Below the pieces are notes generated by a model. It ran no database searches, had not been told where the DNA came from, and saw only the letters and a program-made list of their open reading frames with translations. A stretch of DNA of 64,000 nt from Rikenellaceae bacterium (lineage in GTDB: Bacteria > Bacteroidota > Bacteroidia > Bacteroidales > UBA932). Shown one piece after another: positions 28,882 through 37,650 of this stretch. Made by a program: the position numbers and the translations under genes. The first letter of the stretch is position 1. Each line of letters begins with the position of its first letter. The stretch spans positions 2,347 to 66,346 of the forward strand of contig JALFCH010000033.1 in assembly GCA_022771245.1 (NCBI GenBank), given 5' to 3'.

Positions 28882-31328
28882 ATAGAAGGCATTATATAGG
28901 TTTTATCTCTATTTTGACGGCCGTATGCTGCATTCTGGCTCCTGTCGGGACTGACGCAAGGTCAAAGAAAAAGGTTGAGGAAAAGAAGGAGACTGTCCGG
29001 AGGCAGTCTCCGTATGAGAAATTTCTGTCCAAAAAGGGCTTGAAAAAGTCGGCTGGAGAGGGTATAGGCTGCTATAGGACCGGCAATAAAATATATCTGG
29101 AATTAGCCGATTCTCTGATGGGTTCCGACGCAATCCTTTCCAGACGCATCATATCTTCGAGCGACTTTGAACTTTCGCCGGGTGAGGATGTGAGTCCAAA
29201 AAACGGCCGCTTTATTCTTGAGCGCACCGACTCCCTGATTATATTCAGGAATTTCTCACCGAGGGTCGAGTCCGTTGATACCAATGTGGCGGCTGCCTTG
29301 GAAAAGTCGGGTACAGGGGCTATACAGTATGCTTTCCCAATCAAATACAAGTCTCCGTCCGGAACATCCTTCATCATTGACGCCAGCATTTTGTTCAATG
29401 CTTCAGAAACCGGGAGTGTGAATCTGTATGGCGCCTATATGTCAGGCAGCCAGATAGTGGAGAGTGACGTCAAGTCGGATTTGACCTGCATTCTTGACTC
29501 ACAGGCTTACGGAAGGGCTGTTTCAGTGAATGCTGACTTGACTTTTGACGTCAAGCTTGTCACAAATTATGAGCAGAAGTTGAGCGTTGTCGTGAAAACG
29601 GATCTGGTCTTCAATCGCAGGTCCTCTATGCCTTCCAGGAAAACAGACGGACGTTTGGGCTTGCAATCCATAGCTTCCAATTCCTATGATTCCAGAACGG
29701 GGATGAGCAAGGACAGGATTGTCAGACGCTGGGACTTGAGGGACGGAAAGAAAATCACGATATATGTGGACACTCTTCTGCCGGAACCTTTCTTCAATGC
29801 GGCAAAGGACGGCATTATGGCCTGGAATCCTGCTTTTGAGAAAATAGGGCTTAAAGATGCCATCCAAGTACTGCCTTATCCTTCAGACCCATCCTTTTCC
29901 GCTTCGGATCCTTGTGTGTCCACATTCAGTTTCAACTGCAACACTTCCAGAATGCCCCTGAATGCATATCTTAATTCGGATTCAAGGACAGGAGAAATAA
30001 TATCCTGCACTATGTTCTTCAACGGACAGTTCGTGGACTATATGCGCAGGGAAGCAGGGTTCAGCATCGGAGATGTCGATTCCCGATATTTCTGCTACAA
30101 TTTTCCTGATTCGGCGATTTATGAATATGCAAGGGCAAAGGTGATGACTCTTTTCGGGAAATGTCTTGGCTTTTCTGACAACTATGCCGCTTCGCTCGCC
30201 TACACCCCGAAGCAGTTGAGGGACCCGGAATTCACTTCCTCCCACGGAATTACCGCGTCTGTTATGGACAATGTAGTCTTCAATGTCCTGGCCCGTCCCG
30301 GGGACAGGGAGAAAGGTGTGGTTACCGTGTCTGACAGAATCGGTCCTTACGATTTCTATGCCGTGGAATGGCTATATGGCAGCTACGACGAAGGACCGGA
30401 ACTTGACAGAGTTTTGGACTCTCTGATCCTTTCAGCCCAGATGAAACCGGAATGTCTGTATGTGCCTTATCAGGAAGGCTCTCCGGATCCCCGTGCCAAC
30501 AAGTATGATCTCGGGAGTGATTCCTTCGAATGTTTCGATGCCAAGATTTCGCATTTGAAATACTGTATGGAAAATGCCCATATCTTCCTGTCCGACAATG
30601 CTGTACCTGAAGAGAGTTACAGGAGTCTGTATGTGGAGCAGTTGTGGCTCAAGATGTTCGAGGCGGCCACAAGCCTTTCTTTGAACATAGGAGGTGTCTA
30701 TGCCTCTGAAGTTGATTCATCGTCCCCTCTCAAGCGCTTCGTTCCTGTGCCTGAAGATGTCCAGCGCAAATCCCTGAACAAGTGCCTGGACCTTATGACA
30801 GATTTCAAATGGATGGACGATAATGGAAAACTTATGAAAATGTCCGGTCTCTACACCACTTTCGGAGGTCTGAATTATTTCAATGCTTTAGGTGCGACAA
30901 AGGCTTTCTCAAGACTGCCTTTCGTATGCAGGGCTGAGCGTATTGCAGGGTCCACATATACTGCAGACAAGATGCTGGCGGATTTGCACAAGAGAGTGTT
31001 TGAAAACCTTTCATCCGGTGCCCTGCATCCGATGGAGGACAATATGATAGGTATGTACATCTCCTCACTGGTGTCCCTGTCGCCTCAATTGCAGTTCAAA
31101 TATAAGAAAGCCTTCCACAAGGAGGCGAATCTCACCGGGGCTGTCGGTTTTCCGGTCCTTTCTTACGTCTATCAGGAAGATGTGGATGCTCTGCCCCTGC
31201 TTTCTTGCAAATATCTGCAGAAGGCGAGGAAGGATTGTGTGGAAGCCAAGACAAAACTTGAGAGCAAATACGACAGAGGCCGTATTGACTATTTGATATA
31301 TATCATTGACACGACTATCAACAATTAG
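28878..31328 (+). CDS. Paralogous DUF5117/DUF4953 protein lacking the zinc-binding motif (predicted pseudoprotease)
   Basis: Same scaffold motifs (DGRLG, RRWDL, ITIYVD, DSRTGEII, SVMDN, IGPYD...WLY), but TLFGKCLGFSD (30147-30179) replaces HExxHxxGxxH. ATGA overlap with the upstream gene. Confidence 0.85.
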   Translation: MNRRHYIGFISILTAVCCILAPVGTDARSKKKVEEKKETVRRQSPYEKFLSKKGLKKSAGEGIGCYRTGNKIYLELADSLMGSDAILSRRIISSSDFELSPGEDVSPKNGRFILERTDSLIIFRNFSPRVESVDTNVAAALEKSGTGAIQYAFPIKYKSPSGTSFIIDASILFNASETGSVNLYGAYMSGSQIVESDVKSDLTCILDSQAYGRAVSVNADLTFDVKLVTNYEQKLSVVVKTDLVFNRRSSMPSRKTDGRLGLQSIASNSYDSRTGMSKDRIVRRWDLRDGKKITIYVDTLLPEPFFNAAKDGIMAWNPAFEKIGLKDAIQVLPYPSDPSFSASDPCVSTFSFNCNTSRMPLNAYLNSDSRTGEIISCTMFFNGQFVDYMRREAGFSIGDVDSRYFCYNFPDSAIYEYARAKVMTLFGKCLGFSDNYAASLAYTPKQLRDPEFTSSHGITASVMDNVVFNVLARPGDREKGVVTVSDRIGPYDFYAVEWLYGSYDEGPELDRVLDSLILSAQMKPECLYVPYQEGSPDPRANKYDLGSDSFECFDAKISHLKYCMENAHIFLSDNAVPEESYRSLYVEQLWLKMFEAATSLSLNIGGVYASEVDSSSPLKRFVPVPEDVQRKSLNKCLDLMTDFKWMDDNGKLMKMSGLYTTFGGLNYFNALGATKAFSRLPFVCRAERIAGSTYTADKMLADLHKRVFENLSSGALHPMEDNMIGMYISSLVSLSPQLQFKYKKAFHKEANLTGAVGFPVLSYVYQEDVDALPLLSCKYLQKARKDCVEAKTKLESKYDRGRIDYLIYIIDTTINN

Positions 31329-31410
31329 TTTTACTAAGAAATCTGACCTCGAAAATCTAATTCAAATCTCACGCAACTTATTGTTTTCATTTTACTAACT
31401 TAATATCATT

Positions 31411-33459
31411 ATGAAAAAGTGTATCTGTTTAGTGGCCGCAGCCGTAGCGCTGTTTGCCGTCTCCTGTACGAAGGAGACCGTTCCGGAAGACAAGATTGAA
31501 CTTGTCAAGTCTTCCTATGTTTTCACAAGCGAGGGTGGTTCTGCTGTCCTTTCTTTCACATCAAGTGCAGCCTGGTCAATCAAATCTGACAAGGATTGGG
31601 TGACTTTCACTCAGGAGCAGGGAGAGGCCGGAGAAGCATCTGTGACAATCAATGTTGCAGCTTCAGAGGAGTATGAAGACCGTGATGCTTCAATTTCCCT
31701 CACTTGCGGCCAGAAGACCGCTCAGGTCAGTGTGAAGCAGCTTGCAAAGACTGAGTTCGGCTCAAGCGTGGTCCTTTCCGTTGACTCAAGAGAGCAGAAC
31801 ATTGCTCTTGTGGTTGTCACAAATGTAGATTACGAGGTAAAGGTGGACGAAGAAGCAAAATCCTGGATTGAACAGGTTGAGGTCAAAGCCGCACCTGCCG
31901 AAGAGTCAGTTGTCATGCACATAGCTGCAAACACCGGACTGATGCCTCGTGAGGGTTCATTCTCAATCGTTTCAGGAGGAAATGCTCAGGTCTATACCGT
32001 AAAGCAGAGCTCAGATTTTGATGTTATGAACACTGCTTATGCCTGCTATCTGGGCAACCGTCAGTTTGTGTGGGATGAAGAAGAATGGTCATATACCAGC
32101 CTGAACCAGTTTGCAGTAGAGCTCAGCGACGGTCTCGGCAGTTCTGTTACCATCCTTCTGAACGCTGCTTCAGATGCCGCGAAAGACGTGCTTCCTACAG
32201 GTGAATTTACCGTAGATGCAGCAGGAACCTATGATGCCGGCACAATATCCCTCAAGGCAACTTCAGGATATCAACTCTATTACACCACAATCAAGGAAGG
32301 TGATTCAGAGATTCTGGCGTACGATGCTGTTGTCAATATCGAACGCGATGAAGAGGGTATCTACACCATTACAGCCCTCGTCAGCGACCGTGCCGATGTT
32401 GTCCGCTCTTATGCTTATGTAGGTGCAATCGAAGTTGAGGATCAGCATTTCGGAGCTCAGGCCAATCAGCCTTTCTGCCAGGGTCAGTATAATACCTACT
32501 TCGCAGGAGGAGCCCAGGAATGGCACGTTAACCTGTATGTATCCAATTCTGATGACACAGAGACTCCAACATTCCGTTATATTCAGATGAAAATTTTCGG
32601 CAATCCGGGAGATTCTCAGGAAGTACCTTGCGGAGAATTCACTTTCGAGGAGGCGGAGTACGATTATGATATCCCTTACGCTTCAGGTACTTTGAAGGCC
32701 ACTCCACACACCTTCTATGTCGAAGGAAATGACTACAAGAACAATGCGGTTTTCGTGGCTCTTGATGAGACCGACCTTCCTGTACTCACTATCTCCAAGA
32801 ATGATGACGGTACCTATAATTTCACTCTTAAGGGAACCTTCTCTCAGAGTGCAGGTTATGATGAGGAAACCTATGAGCCTATCTACAGCAAATTGCAGTA
32901 TGACGAAACTATCGAGAAAGTTTATCTTTCAGAGCCTTCTTACGGTTCTGTTCCTGTACTTGATGTAGATACTGAGTTCAATTCGGTAATGTCTTCAAAT
33001 CTTATTTCAATGTGGTTCGGCACACCTATAGATGCGAACAATCTTTTCGTCTGTTGGTTCAACTATGTGAATAATGCATTCACGGTATATCTTGCAATCA
33101 ATACAGATGAAAATTACACCTATGAAAAGAATTTCAACGGAAAATATTGTGGAACCCCTATTCCTGATGGAACTTATACCTTCTCAAAGACAGGCGGTTC
33201 AATGACTTTGCTTCCTGTATTGTATGGTACACAGTCGTATTGTTATATCATGAACGGTTATACGGGCAGCAAGTTCATCATCGACGGCGGTTCAGTCACA
33301 GTTTCAGGAGACACCATTACTTATGACGTAACGGCAACCGGAGAAACACCAGAAGGCACCAAGACCTTGAAATTCACAGGTTCTCACGCGTATAATTACT
33401 ATTATGCAAGAGATTACTCAACAAGGGCAAATTATATCAGTTTGAAAACTGATGAATAG
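31411..33459 (+). CDS. Surface lipoprotein with two BACON domains and repeated beta-rich domains
   Basis: Lipobox AVSC; BACON signatures W...DW...R...V.Q twice; acidic, Tyr-rich C-terminal region. Confidence 0.8.
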   Translation: MKKCICLVAAAVALFAVSCTKETVPEDKIELVKSSYVFTSEGGSAVLSFTSSAAWSIKSDKDWVTFTQEQGEAGEASVTINVAASEEYEDRDASISLTCGQKTAQVSVKQLAKTEFGSSVVLSVDSREQNIALVVVTNVDYEVKVDEEAKSWIEQVEVKAAPAEESVVMHIAANTGLMPREGSFSIVSGGNAQVYTVKQSSDFDVMNTAYACYLGNRQFVWDEEEWSYTSLNQFAVELSDGLGSSVTILLNAASDAAKDVLPTGEFTVDAAGTYDAGTISLKATSGYQLYYTTIKEGDSEILAYDAVVNIERDEEGIYTITALVSDRADVVRSYAYVGAIEVEDQHFGAQANQPFCQGQYNTYFAGGAQEWHVNLYVSNSDDTETPTFRYIQMKIFGNPGDSQEVPCGEFTFEEAEYDYDIPYASGTLKATPHTFYVEGNDYKNNAVFVALDETDLPVLTISKNDDGTYNFTLKGTFSQSAGYDEETYEPIYSKLQYDETIEKVYLSEPSYGSVPVLDVDTEFNSVMSSNLISMWFGTPIDANNLFVCWFNYVNNAFTVYLAINTDENYTYEKNFNGKYCGTPIPDGTYTFSKTGGSMTLLPVLYGTQSYCYIMNGYTGSKFIIDGGSVTVSGDTITYDVTATGETPEGTKTLKFTGSHAYNYYYARDYSTRANYISLKTDE

Positions 33460-33474
33460 ACTCTGAAGAATTCG

Positions 33475-33517
33475 AAAAGGGGGGGATGAACGACTTACGA
33501 TGTTCATCCCCCCTTTT
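33475..33517. terminator. Bidirectional intrinsic terminator
   Basis: AAAAGGGGGGGATGAAC / GTTCATCCCCCCTTTT between convergent genes. Confidence 0.85.
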
Positions 33518-33537
33518 GTAATGCTATTTTTTGCGTT

Positions 33538-34638
33538 TCAGACGTTGAACAGGAAGTGCATAATGTCTCCGTCCTGCACGACGTACTCCTTGCCTTCCAC
33601 GCCGAGTTTGCCCGCAGCACGGCAGGCTGCCTCGGACTTTAGAGTAATGAAGTCGTTGTACTTTATCACCTCAGCCCTTATGAATCCTTTCTCGAAATCC
33701 GTGTGGATTACCCCGGCGGCCTTTGGAGCCTTGTCTCCCACGTGAATGGTCCAAGCCCTCACCTCATCGGCTCCGGCTGTGAAGAATGTGCGCAGATTCA
33801 GCAGTGAATAGGCTGACTGTATGAGTCTTACACATCCGGATTCCTCCAGACCGAGCTCTTCGAGAAACATCTGCCTCTCCTCGAAAGTCTCCATCTCGGC
33901 AATGTCCGATTCAATCTTGGCTGAAATCACAAGAATTTCGGCTTCCTCGTCCTTCACGGCCTCCCGTACCGCATCCACATATCTGTTTCCGTCCTTTGCG
34001 GAAGCCTCATCCACATTGCAGACATACATCACAGGCTTGTCCGTAAGCAGGAAAAGCTCTTTTCCAAGGGCGATGTCCTCCGGAGAATCCAGTTTCACGC
34101 TGCGGCAGTTCTTCCCGCTCTCCAGAGCCTCCTTGTAACGCAGGAGTATGTCCAAAAGCTTCTTTGCGTTCTTGTCTCCAACCTGTGCCTGCTTGCTGAC
34201 TTTGGCAAGCCTGTTTTCCACCGTCTCCAAATCCTTGATCTGGAGTTCCAGGTCAATCACCTCCTTGTCCCTCACCGGGTCCACACTTCCGTCCACGTGA
34301 ACTATGTTCGGGTCGTCAAAGCATCGGAGAACGTGCAGGATGGCATCAGTCTCCCTGATATTTGCGAGAAACTGGTTGCCGAGGCCTTCTCCCTTGCTGG
34401 CACCCTTGACGAGTCCAGCGATGTCCACGATTTCAACCGTCGCGGGCACCAGGGACTTCGGATGACATAGTTCATTCAGGGCATCCAGCCTCTTGTCAGG
34501 AACTATGGTGGAACCTATATTGGGATCTATTGTACAGAATGGAAAATTGGCGCTTTGGGCCTTGCCCGAACTGATGCAATTGAAGAGAGTGGATTTACCG
34601 ACGTTCGGAAGCCCTACTATACCGCATTTAAGTGACAT
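33538..34638 (-). CDS. ychF: Redox-regulated ATPase YchF
   Basis: [57 protein letters not shown]. -7 element at 34665-34672 on -. Confidence 0.98.
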   Translation of the reverse strand: MSLKCGIVGLPNVGKSTLFNCISSGKAQSANFPFCTIDPNIGSTIVPDKRLDALNELCHPKSLVPATVEIVDIAGLVKGASKGEGLGNQFLANIRETDAILHVLRCFDDPNIVHVDGSVDPVRDKEVIDLELQIKDLETVENRLAKVSKQAQVGDKNAKKLLDILLRYKEALESGKNCRSVKLDSPEDIALGKELFLLTDKPVMYVCNVDEASAKDGNRYVDAVREAVKDEEAEILVISAKIESDIAEMETFEERQMFLEELGLEESGCVRLIQSAYSLLNLRTFFTAGADEVRAWTIHVGDKAPKAAGVIHTDFEKGFIRAEVIKYNDFITLKSEAACRAAGKLGVEGKEYVVQDGDIMHFLFNV

Positions 34639-34746
34639 TTTTTTCTTTTTTTACAATTGGAACGCAAAAATAGCAAATGTTTTTCTTTTTTCATCAATGA
34701 ATCAGGGGGATAATGCCGATATTGCCGGGTTGAAAAAATACGGATT

Positions 34747-35754
34747 ATGGAACTGAAAAACATATTCACAACCGCCCTTGTCACTCTGATACATCTGATT
34801 CCCCTCCAAGCCCAGGACATAATGTTCTGGAACCTGGAAAACTTCTTCGACACTCACGATGACGGGACTTCCACTTCCGATTCCGAATTTTCCTCCTTCG
34901 GAAGCCGCCATTGGACCCGGGCAAGGTTTGAGAAAAAGCGGAATATGATAGCCAAGACCATACTCTGGGCTGCAGCTTGCTGTTCTGACGGACAACCTCC
35001 GGAACTGGTCGGCTTTGCGGAGGTGGAAAACCGCAAGGTTGTGAACAGCCTCATTTACTGCGATGTGCTGGCAAAGTGCGGATATTCCTGCATACATTAT
35101 GATTCGCCTGACCGCAGAGGCATAGATGTGGCTCTGATATACCGCAGGGATTCACTGGAACTGTTACATTCGGAAAGCCGGACAGTGAGGGACAGTTCCG
35201 GGCAGGTGCTCCCGACCAGAAATATGCTGCTTGCAACTTTCAGGAACCATAGGGGACGGACATTCCACATTATGGTGAATCATCATCCGTCCAAGTTCGG
35301 TGGGGCGAAGGCATCGGAAGGCAGGCGCTTTGCAGTTATGGCTGAAATGGCCCGCCTCTGCGACTCTCTTGCCCGAACCGGCACAGGTCCTATAGTGTGT
35401 ATGGGGGATTTCAACGACCTGCCTGATGCCCCTCAATTTGCCGTTCTGGACGGAATAATGGAAAATCTCGCTCTGCCTTTGCACAAAAACGGTCTTGGTA
35501 CCATAAAATATCAGGGCAAATGGGAACTCATAGATCATTTTCTCCTTTCGTCCGGCTATGAGCCAGCCCCCATTATCAACGACGTAAGCCCCGATTCCGG
35601 CAATATGCAAATTCTCTATCCGCCCTTCCTGCTTGTCAGAGACAATGCCCACACAGGCGAAAAACCATTCCGCACCTACTCCGGTCCGCGTTATATCGGG
35701 GGAGTCAGCGACCATCTGCCCATATTGATGCATCTTTCCCCGATGAGATATTAA
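34747..35754 (+). CDS. Secreted endonuclease/exonuclease/phosphatase (EEP) family protein
   Basis: Signal peptide; WNLENFFD, EVEN, DRRGIDVAL, NHHPS, GDFND, SDHLP. Confidence 0.9.
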   Translation: MELKNIFTTALVTLIHLIPLQAQDIMFWNLENFFDTHDDGTSTSDSEFSSFGSRHWTRARFEKKRNMIAKTILWAAACCSDGQPPELVGFAEVENRKVVNSLIYCDVLAKCGYSCIHYDSPDRRGIDVALIYRRDSLELLHSESRTVRDSSGQVLPTRNMLLATFRNHRGRTFHIMVNHHPSKFGGAKASEGRRFAVMAEMARLCDSLARTGTGPIVCMGDFNDLPDAPQFAVLDGIMENLALPLHKNGLGTIKYQGKWELIDHFLLSSGYEPAPIINDVSPDSGNMQILYPPFLLVRDNAHTGEKPFRTYSGPRYIGGVSDHLPILMHLSPMRY

Positions 35755-35824
35755 AAAATTTGCTAACTTTGGCGGGATATGGATAAACCCATCTGCATAT
35801 AATTAACACTAACAATATCAAACA

Positions 35825-36964
35825 ATGGACAAACAGGCAATCAGCAACAAATTTGCAACTCTCTTCGGGGGAGAAGGCGAGTGGTTCGCATCTGCGGGCC
35901 GAATCAATCTCATCGGTGAACACACTGACTATAACGGCGGTTTCGTGTTCCCGGGTGCCATCGACAAGGGTATGGTGGCTGAAATCAGACTCAACGGCAC
36001 TGACAAGGTGAGGGCATTTGCATTGGACCTCGACGAATATTGCGAATTCGGACTCAAGGAAGAAGATGCTCCTTCACAGTCTTGGGCAAGATATATTTTC
36101 GGAGTTTGCCGTGAAACCGAGAAGAGAGGCGGCAAAGTGGGAGGTTTCGACACGGTTTTCTCCGGAGACGTTCCTCTCGGAGCCGGTATGTCGTCTTCCG
36201 CAGCGCTTGAAAGTGCTTTTGCTTTCGCTCTCAATGAACTTTTCGGCAACGGAATAGACAAATTCGAATTGGCAAGAATAGGACAGAGCACCGAGCACAA
36301 CTACTGCGGTGTGAACTGCGGCATTATGGACCAGTTCGCTTCCGTATTCGGCAAGAAGGGCAATCTTATGAGGCTGGACTGCCGTTCTATGGAATTCGAA
36401 TATTTCCCGTTCGACCCTGCACAGTACGGCTACAAACTCGTTCTGCTCAACTCCTGCGTAAAGCACGTACTCGTGGGTTCACCTTATAACGACCGCCGTG
36501 CATCCTGCGAAAGGGTGGCAAAGGTTTTGGGACAGGAATTCCTCAGGGGGGCCACTATGGACCAGCTTGAGGCCATCAAAGAGCAGATTTCCGAGGAAGA
36601 CTATATGAGAGCTCGCTATGTTATCGGCGAGGAGAAAAGGGTGCTGGACGTTTGTGACGCACTCAAGGCCGGAGACTATGAGACCGTCGGAGCACGTATG
36701 TACGAAACCCACTGGGGTATGTCAAAGGATTATGAAGTTTCCTGCGAAGAACTCGACTTCCTTGCAACTGTGGCAAAGGAATGCGGGGTTTCCGGTTCCA
36801 GAATTATGGGCGGCGGCTTCGGAGGATGTACCATCAACCTCGTCAAGGCTGAACTCTACGATTCATTCATAGCCACAGCAAAGGCTAAGTTTGCGGAGAA
36901 ATACGGCCACGAGCCTATAGTCATCGACGTGGTAATCAGCGACGGTGCACGCAGACTCGAATAG
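35825..36964 (+). CDS. galK: Galactokinase
   Basis: GRINLIGEHTDYN, PLGAGMSSSAA, CGIMDQF, GSRIMGGGFGGC. -7 element TAACTTTG at 35764-35771. Confidence 0.97.
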   Translation: MDKQAISNKFATLFGGEGEWFASAGRINLIGEHTDYNGGFVFPGAIDKGMVAEIRLNGTDKVRAFALDLDEYCEFGLKEEDAPSQSWARYIFGVCRETEKRGGKVGGFDTVFSGDVPLGAGMSSSAALESAFAFALNELFGNGIDKFELARIGQSTEHNYCGVNCGIMDQFASVFGKKGNLMRLDCRSMEFEYFPFDPAQYGYKLVLLNSCVKHVLVGSPYNDRRASCERVAKVLGQEFLRGATMDQLEAIKEQISEEDYMRARYVIGEEKRVLDVCDALKAGDYETVGARMYETHWGMSKDYEVSCEELDFLATVAKECGVSGSRIMGGGFGGCTINLVKAELYDSFIATAKAKFAEKYGHEPIVIDVVISDGARRLE

Positions 36965-36997
36965 TTGCCTTAAGTCCGAGGTTATCTCTTGCTGAAA

Positions 36998-37639
36998 TTA
37001 TCTGATGCAGGAGTTGATCCATTCATCATCAATATGAACGAAACCCTGGCCCGGAAGGATGCCGGGGTTTCTTGTCAATATGCCTTCGCAATCTTCATAG
37101 ACGTTCCAGCCCACCTTCATTCCGACCATCTGGCCTCCTTTGGCGAAACTGAAAACTATATTGCGGGCCTCTCCTTCTCCCTCCAGCCGGTAGAAACGCA
37201 ATTTTGCGGCAAGACCGGCGTCCTTTTGTTTCAATTCGTTGAGAGTGACCCATTTGCATAGTTCAATCACGGCATCGTCCAGCCCTGCATCGTCTATCAG
37301 TACCTTTTCCATCAACTCGCCCATATCTTTCACAAGCCTCAACTTGTAGCCTCCCATAGCCTTGGTGTGGTTGGTGATGGCGGTCATCTGCGACTCGGAA
37401 AAATCATTTCCCGGCACCATCCAGAACATAAGTTTGCGCTCTGGGTCGTGGTAAAGCACTTCGTATTTTGCTAGATTCACCCCTCCGCAATGAGGACATT
37501 CCCAGAGGAAGAGGGACCCGTCCCGCACCTTGGCCTTGAGTTCAGGATTTTCAGCAGTGTTGATGCTTTTGTAAATCGGAATTATATGGGACTGTCCGCA
37601 TTTTGGACAAATGGCGTTTGCTTGTGCTTGTATTGACAT
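36998..37639 (-). CDS. CpXC domain-containing protein (zinc ribbon)
   Basis: CPKCG...IN....PELK...G.LF...CPHCG...LYHDP...L.EKV.I.D.GLDD..IE..K. Confidence 0.8.
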   Translation of the reverse strand: MSIQAQANAICPKCGQSHIIPIYKSINTAENPELKAKVRDGSLFLWECPHCGGVNLAKYEVLYHDPERKLMFWMVPGNDFSESQMTAITNHTKAMGGYKLRLVKDMGELMEKVLIDDAGLDDAVIELCKWVTLNELKQKDAGLAAKLRFYRLEGEGEARNIVFSFAKGGQMVGMKVGWNVYEDCEGILTRNPGILPGQGFVHIDDEWINSCIR

Positions 37640-37650
37640 TTTCAAAAAAG

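Noticed and set aside
34291-34303. CCACGTGAAC in ychF as a second parS
   Set aside because: The flanks do not form the 14-16 bp palindrome.
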